64,000 nucleotides of DNA from Octopus vulgaris (lineage: Eukaryota). The stretch is from contig OX597815.1 in the NCBI GenBank assembly GCA_951406725.2, forward strand, positions 155,434,001-155,498,000. Direction: 5' to 3'. Made by a program: the position numbers and the translations under genes. Under the pieces are notes generated by a model that was not told where the DNA came from, ran no database searches, and saw only the letters and a list, made by a program, of their open reading frames with translations. This document shows, one piece after another, positions 37,381-47,100 of this stretch; within the stretch, counting starts at the first letter, position 1; each line of letters opens with the position of its first letter.

Positions 37381-40069
37381 CCATGTGGTTGGGAAGCAAG
37401 CTACTTACCACACAGCCACTCCTGCGCCTCATTAAAAATATAATTCTTCAAACAAAAATTAAAGAAAAAAAACCATGTCGGGTTGCTTTTACGCTAACAA
37501 AAATTAGATGGGACTAGAAAGCAAGTTTCCATGTGCTTCAATTTTTTTTTATTAGTTAGAGGTAGTCATGGCTGGAATGTCGTTTGATCACAAGATTTGC
37601 TTGGTCACAACAACGGCTGAACATGTCAAAGATTAGCATTTCGTTCAGTGTGTCGCAATCTTTACATTTACAGTGTCTTGATTTGCTATGAACGAATGCT
37701 CTTCAATTCGAATCTATCACAAACTATAACATTATGGGCCAGATATTTCTTTTAGCATGGAACCAGGACTAACAGTGTAATTTCTCAGATTTGGAACCTT
37801 CTCTAACCTACACCACTTTAAATGAAATCAGGACTATATCAAAGTAACATAGCACACCTATATTAACACACATATATATATTTCACCCCCTCTTTATGTG
37901 TGTGCATGCACACGGGCATATATAAACAGAAAAGTGGATACTTTTTGGTATTTTTCTCCATTACACTTCTTTCATTTGCTAATAGGAATTACAAAGATTT
38001 ACATGTTTATATGGATATATAAGAAACAGCCAAAATTATTTTGAGTTAAAAGTAATTTGAAGGATTATAACTTACTTGGCTGTATTCAGTCAAGGTCTCT
38101 TTCAAACTCGAAAAACCAGGATTGCCGTCAAGATTTTTTATGCAGTTTGTCACAAGTACAACACAATCAAATCTTGAATCAGCCACATCACTTGTGGCCA
38201 AGAGTTCAGGAGTTAATCTGAAAAGTAAAAAAAATGCAAACAGATTTTTAAATTTTCATATTAAAAGTGAGAAAATAAAATAGAGGTCAATAGGGCAATA
38301 GCTGATATTGAAATAATCTAAGACATTATATTCCTAAGGGAATGGTTGTGAATAGCACCAGCATAAACTAGGTTACAGAGACAATATTTAGGTTATCTTT
38401 ATAAAAGATATCTAAAACAGATGAACTTTGCAAAGATCCTCTTTATCCAAATAGTATGACTAGAGTACTATGTACAAACATGACTCAATTATACAGCACT
38501 CTCTCTCTCTACTTTAACAAATGAGATCTTTTCAGCCCAAGGATCAGACATGATTATATGACTTTGGGACAGATTCTAATACAAAGCACTTGGGCAAGTA
38601 TTTTTTATAAAAGCCTTGGATGAATCAAGGTGGAATTTAGTAGACTAACTAGAAGGAAAAAATAAATGAAACACAATCAGCAGGACTATTCCAAGTTTTT
38701 GGTGGCAGACTTAAAACCTCATCCAGTTTTTTATCACCACCTTTCCCTCATGTCCTTAGGAAAGTCCCATCAGTTAGAAGCATTCAGACAAAGTCTCCAA
38801 TCTGAGGATAACTTCACTCAACCATCTTAGAAACCACAGGAAAAGGTCATGAACACTGCAATTCTTCTGAATACACCATTTAAAACTTACTATTTACAGT
38901 TAGGTTGACTGGGCCATTTGGAAGTTAATTGCTTTCTCTGACAACTCAGTTCTGGCAGTAACAAAATGCAACTATTGCACCTCTTAGAGCTGGTTTTAAA
39001 ATAAAAATTGGCACCTGGTCCTTCTTTTGATTAGTCATATACCCAATGAAAACAACAGGCTCTGCTCTTTTTTTTCTTTCTTTTTTTTTGTCTTTTTTTA
39101 ATATTTCAAAATCACTTTAGCAGTTGAAATATTACATTTCTAAATCTCTAAGAGAGATTTATACAGTAGCAGCATGATAAAGTGATGGTATGTTGCCAAC
39201 TTAATGTGGCAATCCCATGAAAAGGAAGAATGTTACTGCTATTTAGCCCTAGGAAACATCGTTTCCATTTGATCATGACACATTTTCTGTGTCCTTATGT
39301 TTTCAAAGGGAAGATAAGCATCTCCACCCAGCAAGACCAGAAACCAGAGACTAGTTTCAGAGTCATTGCTCATCATCAGTCTGGAGTAGCATGGCTTGCT
39401 AGCTGTTGATGCTTATTCACCTATGTAAACATATAGATTTCAAGTGAAATACATTCACTGATTTCAAAAATAGAAGTATTACACATTCTTTGCATTATTT
39501 ACATTTGACGGATATTTGTCCTCATCTTGTTAGTTGCTAACACAACGTTTCAACTAGTATACACTCTAGCCTTCATCAGGTGTCATGGGGAAATTTCAAA
39601 CCTGGGTTCTCATTCCTAAGGTATTTTTCTATATTATTATTGTTGTTATTATTATTATTATTATTCAAGTCACTGCCTGGAATCGAACTCAGAATCATGG
39701 GGTTAGTAGCCTGCACTCTTAACCACTATGCCATAAGCCCACGGGCATATGGCGTAGTGGTTAAGAACACGGGCTACTAACTCAAGATTCCAAGTTTGAT
39801 TCTAGGCAGTGACCTGAATAATAATAATATCAAAAATACCTTAGGAATGAGAACCCAGGTTTGAAATTTCCTCAAGACACCTAATGATGGCTGGAGGGTA
39901 TACCAGCCAAAACGTGTTAACAACTAACAAGATGAGGACAAATATCCGTCAAATGTAAATAGTGCAAATAATGTACATGATTCCTCGTCACTTAAATATA
40001 GAACAGAAATATCTATCTACCAAGAAAGTCAGTCAGTCTCTCTCTCTCTCTCTCACATATCTATTTACA

Positions 40070-40117
<48 letters not shown>

Positions 40118-43100
40118 GCCATGATAGATCGTTAGCCACTACACACATTTTTTTCTCTCCTTGTTTTTTCTGTGTCCCTTTCTGTAGAAGAGCGTAGGCT
40201 CGAAACGTAAAAGACTTTTTCAATTCCCGAGCATTATTCTAATACATCTGTTTGTTTTGTACACCACCTGTCTTCGTCTTTTGTTTCTTTTTCATAAACG
40301 CTCCCTATATATATATATAAATATATACACACACACACATGAGCAAAACATCTACCGTCCAATGGACGGTGCTAAGTTGTCAAACATTTAAACCAAATTT
40401 TCTCAAAACAACTTGTCCGACCACCCCATGGGCCTCCCCTTTGAGAAACACTGATTTAACCTAAATTTGAGACACCAGCAAAATCAGAAATAAAGATAGA
40501 CTTTTTTCTATTCCAAAGAAAAACGATTTTATTCACACAAATATGAAACCGAAGAGTTTAAAGTACCAGTAATGATAAGGCTGTTGACTAGAAGAACACA
40601 AACATGGTTTAAACAGTAAGCTTGGCAGGAAAGAAACGTGCCTTTAAGCAGTACAAAAACAACAAAAAATGGAAGGTGCAGTTATGTACAGGTTGACGGA
40701 AGAAAAGCAGGACAAGAATGGCTTTATCGATAGCATCCTCACCTGGAATTGGTTTTTGTAATTTTTTCAAGACTTATATATGCCCTGATACTGTCAGTAT
40801 CTACATATCAAATTTGAGCGCAATCGGATGTAAGGTGCTCGAGATCCGAGAAGACACACACACACACAGAATGGATTTTATATAAAAGGATTATATACAT
40901 ACAACTAATTTAATGAACAAACAAATCAAAAAACAAAAGAAAGAGAAAAAAAAAAACGAACATATGAGGACATGCAGAAGAATTATTAGTTTGATGCACG
41001 TTGAAAGGAGTTTTTAACATTTTGAGCATGGCTCTTCATCAGAAAGGAGAAAGTCCAGAGAAGAAGGAAAAAGGAAATTCACCAACTGTCCACATGTGGT
41101 TACATTTCTGAAGTATATCTATCTCAAATCTGTTTTGATATCCTGTCTGGTTTGCATGCTGGCATGAGTTTAAAAAGGTTTTATATCCAACAATAGTTTA
41201 AATGCAACTAGTCTGGGAAGGCCTTACAAACGTTGTGATTAATTATTTAACAAAAACCAAATGTAAGTATTTGTTGTATTTCGGAATGGTCATTTTGCCA
41301 GTTTAGCCAATAAAAACACGTACTATAAATTTGGTGTTACTTTGCTTCAGTGTTATTTATTTTTTTACATTAATCTTAATCTTATTTCAGCCAGAGTTCT
41401 TTCATCACACTCCTGTGACCGCATCAGTGGTCCTTTACTTTCTTCTTTGTGTCTCTCTCCTTACTAACCGTCAGCCATTTTATATTTCTATTGTATGTGT
41501 CTTCATTTGTGCATGCGTATATCTCTATGTGCGTCTATGTTTAGTTAGTGGGTGTGTCACAGGAGTGTGACGAAAGAACTCTGGCCGAAATAAGATTAAG
41601 ATTAATGTAAAAAATAAATAACACCGAAGCAAAGTAACACCAAATATATAGTACATGTGTTTTTATTGGCTAAACTGGCAAAATGACCATTCCGAAATAC
41701 AACAATATCTGTTTCAACACACGATTTCACATAAAAAATCTTGCACAACAAATATATAAGCGTAACAAATGTAAGTAGTTGTAACCCCAAGTTAGTGGAA
41801 CATCATTGAGACAAGTGGAGAAGTTTAAGCATCTCGGAATTGTAATCACAACAGGTAGAAGGTAGGAGTCTGAACTGAATGCTGAGATTGCAGGTACTGG
41901 CAGTCATGTGACAACTCCGGTATTCAATCCTCAAAAGGGGAGAGGTTGATGAAAAGAACCCAAACTTGTTATTTCCATTTCAGTTTTCATACCAATCCAG
42001 TCATGGTCATGAATGTCAGGTAATGACTGAACAAATATGGTCCAAATACAAGATGAAATGTAGTTCCTCTGAAGGAGCTATACAGTAATGATCTACTCAA
42101 CAGGGAACATAGCTTCAGAGATTAGGTAGCTGGACGATTTTTTTTTTCCTACAAAATAGTCCAAAATTGGTCGCATATATTTCTGCTTATATTTCACTTT
42201 GGTTGGTCATCAGTTTATATGGTGATTATTCTTCAAGGTTGAATTCGGGATCCATGTTGGTTAGTCACTAATTTTTGTTTATTTGTGGGGTCACCAATTT
42301 ATGTAATACATAGAATTAATATGTTGAATGTAGTTGAATGAAGTAATCTATGCAAGAAAGTTCAGAAATAGCAATGACGTGAATGGCTTTAAGTCTTATC
42401 GACTAAGAAGCAAAGAGCAGGGTAAGCAAGCTATTTTTATTAATGGAATGCTAGACATTCTAGAAACATCCAAGAGAAACACTAAGCTTCTTGAATAATT
42501 AAGAATCATGTCTCATGACACAGATGCTTAGTTTAACTTAGTAAAGGGAGGTTACTCTATAATCCTTCTTGCAGGGGAGATTATTCAACTATCTAGCTAC
42601 CGGTACAATAGCAACAGAAAAAGAGTTGTTAGTTACTTGCTAGCTACTGATTTCTAATGTTCATCCTCCCACTGTTCATTGCATTTGTGGTGTCAGCAAC
42701 TGGCTGTCATCTCTGTTGGCCAACTCCTAGTGTCTGTCAATGCTCTCTGTCTAGTAGTGATGGTGTGTCAAATTTTATACCGACTGATAGGCTCAAGAGA
42801 GATCGTTGCTGGAGCTTATTCAACACAAAGTCATGATTGGTTTGACTTTGTTGATCACATGGGCAATATTCTAGTGAACTGCAACATCGGGCAATTACTG
42901 AATATTCCTACTATACATACTTAGGGGAGAGAGAAAGAACACCCAAGCTATCAGTTGAGAAAGTTACCCGATGAAAGTTGATAATTAGAAGTAAATAAAA
43001 ATTCCATAATAACAAGAAAATTAGATTATATTTATCACTTCAAAAAACTACGCCAATATGAATCACCTCAGAAGTTCATGGAGAGCAACATTTCTTGTCT

Positions 43101-43636
43101 AAATGTAAGACACTAACATGGACTTCTACATCTTCAATCTGTAATTTCAGTGGTCTGAATCCTAACCCAGATCAGGATCATTTCACTGCATACCAGGGAT
43201 ATTATGGTAGACTGCACGCTGAATTAGCATCAAAATTTGTTATGACGGCGTGATGCCGAGTAAATCATGAATTTATGATTAGTAAAACATTATGAGACAA
43301 TGAACTTCTGAATATATTAAAAAAAAAATAGAATAAAAAATATAAAAAACAGAACAACTCCGGCAAATAAGTGGAGACTATTTGAAAATTTGGAAAGATC
43401 TTTATTGTTCTTTGAGTGAAAAAAAATTAAATCAAATGGTAAAGATTAACTCATATGCCACGTCCGCTCCATAGTATTTTTTTTTTTACATTTTCATTTG
43501 GGCAATGTCTCAGAGACAATATATGTAAAGTGATGGTATTTGTTCACCAAATACATGAAGTGATAGTATTTTTCCTTATTTCTTTAATTACACTTCACTT
43601 TTAGCTGAACTGCTTATGTTAATGAATTTGTGTGTG

Positions 43637-43668
<32 letters not shown>

Positions 43669-44075
43669 ATTGGTAGCCATGATAAACTCTGAGTTTCGGA
43701 TGCTGAGATGGAAATCCACACTGCCATCTCTTCAGTTATCCGAGCATCAGAATAATACCAACAGCTTCAATGCTAAAGTGTTGCTCACATACAAAAAGAA
43801 AAATGCATATACAATCACTAGTGCAATTTCCCAAAATAATTTTTTTTAAAAAATGCTCACACTCCTTCTACTGTATTTTTCCGATGACCAGATAACTGAA
43901 TAGATGGCGGCATGGATTACCACCTCGGCATCCAAAACTCGGAGTTTTATCTTGGCTATCGATTAATTGTCACATATTACATTTACAGATAAATTCCTCT
44001 ATTTACATAATATCGAGGTCTCTTTCATTCTTTTGTTGTCTTACCATTTATATATATATATATATATATATACAT

Positions 44076-44111
<36 letters not shown>

Positions 44112-47100
44112 TAGCTGAATTACCCGGTAAAACTTGCAAAAGCGAGGTTATTTCCAGTTCCCGTTACACTGTTTCATGTCCTGTTCAAATTACAAATAGA
44201 TTTACAAACACTAGCAAGTAATACAGTTGAATCATAAAATGGATTGATTGTAATCGTAAGGCAATATCAAAGTTGAATTGGTGGATGGTTGGAATGATGA
44301 GAGGATTGATGATGTGGGACTATGAAACGATTGATGGTTGATTATAATCAATTTTGAAGCTCTTCCCTGTTGCTGTCACATTGTGAAATTTTAAAATTAC
44401 GTCAAAATTTTTTAATTTGGTATATTGAAATAATTTTCCATGTTAAATGTGATTTTGTAAATTTACTTGCTCCAGAAAAATTGCAGTAAAATGTTATTGG
44501 GGTTTAAAGTTTAATCAATTTTACCTAATCAGTAAACAGGACTTTAGAAGGTGACAATTTCTGCATAAGTTGGGAGAACTTCTGAAGTTTTAATAAGTTT
44601 TAATGACTTAGGTCATGTGACATGGTTGAATAAACATGTAAATAATTTAAAAAGGGAAGAGATTGTCATGGGATTTTTTTTTGCAAGAAATAGCACGAAT
44701 CAGTCTTGATAGAGAGGCCTATCTGTCAGGGAAGGCATAGTCTGACATGGAATAAAAAAAAATTTATATAAGACATTCTATCATAAAAATTGTCCAACAA
44801 CGGGATATTCATCTATGGAAGAAAATGAAAGACATTAACAATAGTTTTATTGTTTCAGTACTCTCTTTTACTCTTTTACTTGTTTCAGTCATTTGACTGT
44901 GGCCATGCTGGAGCACCGCCTTTAGTTGAGCAAATCGACCCTGGAACTTATTCTTTGTTAGCCCAGTACTTATTCTATCGGTCTCTTTTGCCAAACCGCT
45001 AAGTGACGGGGACATAAACACACAGCATCGGTTGTCAAGCAATGCTAGGGGGACAAACACACACTCACATATATATATATATATACACGACAGGCTTCTT
45101 TCAGTTTCCGTCTACCAAATCCACCCACAAGGCATTGGTCGGCCCGGGGCTATAGCAGAAGACACTTGCCCAAGATGCCACGCAGTGGGACTGAACCCGG
45201 AACCATGTGGTTGATTAGCAAGCTACTTACCACACAGCCACTCCTGGTAAAGTTTTAATAAATTTTAATATGGTGATTTGAAAACAAATATAAAAACACT
45301 TTACTTTTCACTTATTAGTTTTACATCTGTTGGACATATTGTAAAAGTTTTGACTGAGCATACAACAGTTAATTCACTAAAGTGTATGTGTTAAGTGATA
45401 GGTAAAAATTAAAGATCAAAGTATTAAAATTTGCCGTTCCCTTCAATAAACACATTCTCTCTTTCTCGATCTGTCCCTGTCTTTCATTCTCTCTCTCTCA
45501 CATTTCCAGTCTCTTCCCCTTCCCTGATATTAGCCACCTTCATTATGCCACCACATTTCCCTCAACTTAACACTCTTTTCACCCTTATTTTATCCTATAA
45601 TAGCCCAACCCCGTAAGTGGGGGGGGGGCATTATTCGATTTTTTATTGAAATCCAATTAGCCTATAATTGAACTGGATGTTAGTCTAACATGTATACAAA
45701 GTTTTGAGAAGATTGGTTCACTTGGTATAGTTAGCAAGATGGTAACAGACAGAAATTACCATTTATATAAAAGATGTCTGTGTGTGTGTGGACAAGTATA
45801 TTTGTACACAGACATACACAAAAAAATACATAAACATAAGCGAATCAGCTGAAAAAAAATTAAAGAACTATAAAACGTTTACGGTAATTGCCGAACAAAC
45901 ACTTTCACTTTTCATAAAATTTCTCGGAAAGAGTGCTTTGTATTTCTTCACGCAAGACTCCCGCCCGTCACCCTCCCCCCAAAAAACGCCCTTTTTTAAA
46001 ACTTTTTTTTTTCGACACAACCCCATTCTTTTCAGCTACGGGGAATACGAATCTGCAAAAACATTGGCAAAAATCGACAATTACCACCCCCACCCCCATT
46101 TTTGGCAAAAAAAATCTTAAAGACTGGGATTTGGGGCAAAAAAATTTTTTTTAAATAAACAAATTTGGAAGAAAATTGGGAGGGACGAGCAAAGTCTTTC
46201 CATTTCTTCGAAGTTGGTTAACAATTAAGAGAGAGAGAGACTATTTTTTAAGGTCATATACAGTTCTGTAATTGGCGAAAGTAAAGAATACGTACACCAC
46301 TCGTTTTCGGCGTAACAAACTCGAAACACCGGGTGCGCGTATTATTTACCTTCGCCCCTATAATTATTTACTGAATCCTTAACGTTACCCTACATTAAGT
46401 TTATCAATCCCGAATTTCGCAGTGTGACCGTTAATCTGTTACGTTTCAATCATTATGGAGTTATATACCCTTTTGAACTCTGAATTGTACAGTAATGCGA
46501 GATATTTACTTCAATTCTTTTCTAAAAGGATGGAAGCCTCCTATAAACTTCACAAAGCTTACTCTAAAATTATTATTTACTTCAAAGCTCTTATATGCTT
46601 CATGCGTTGTATATGAGGTTGTCAAGCAGAGGGGAAATAATAAAATGTGGAATTTTGGAGGTGAAAAACGAAAATGGTAAATTAGTGTTAGTGACGCATC
46701 GAACCTTATATACCATATTCGTTTTTTAGCTTCAAAATTCCATATTTTATTATTTTCTGTTTGTCTTTCGAAAGACAAAAAAAAAAAAAAAAACGATAAG
46801 TTTTCAAGTCAGTAAATAACAAGACAATAAAAAAGGAAACAGTTATTCTAATTCAATCTACGCACACGATAAGCATAAGGTATCTCAGTATTGATGTGCC
46901 GGTAAGACGTGCGTAGAGCGAATAAATTGCCTTGCAAAATATACCTTTACAGATGACAAACTAACAAAACCTATTTGTATATATTTGCGTTAAATTGTTT
47001 CGTACGAGCTATTTAGGTGGGGACGTAATAGAAAGAAAATATGAGTGTACACACAATATTGTTTAAAAAAATTACGGAAACAAACACGTATGAAATAATT

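Noticed and set aside
39679-39803. tRNA genes at the palindrome centre and at SINE heads
   Set aside because: A and B boxes are present but there is no proper acceptor stem. They are tRNA-derived SINE heads.
44110-45776. Possible non-autonomous Helitron-like ends (ctagctgaattacccgg ... acagacagaaattaccatttatataaaagat; similar at 40340-40890)
   Set aside because: Resemblance only; boundaries and family could not be established from this window.
46335-46400. Alternative first exon ending ggcgaag|gtaaat on minus
   Set aside because: No suitable in-frame ATG seen. The 47425-47438 exon fits better, though a non-coding alternative cannot be excluded.
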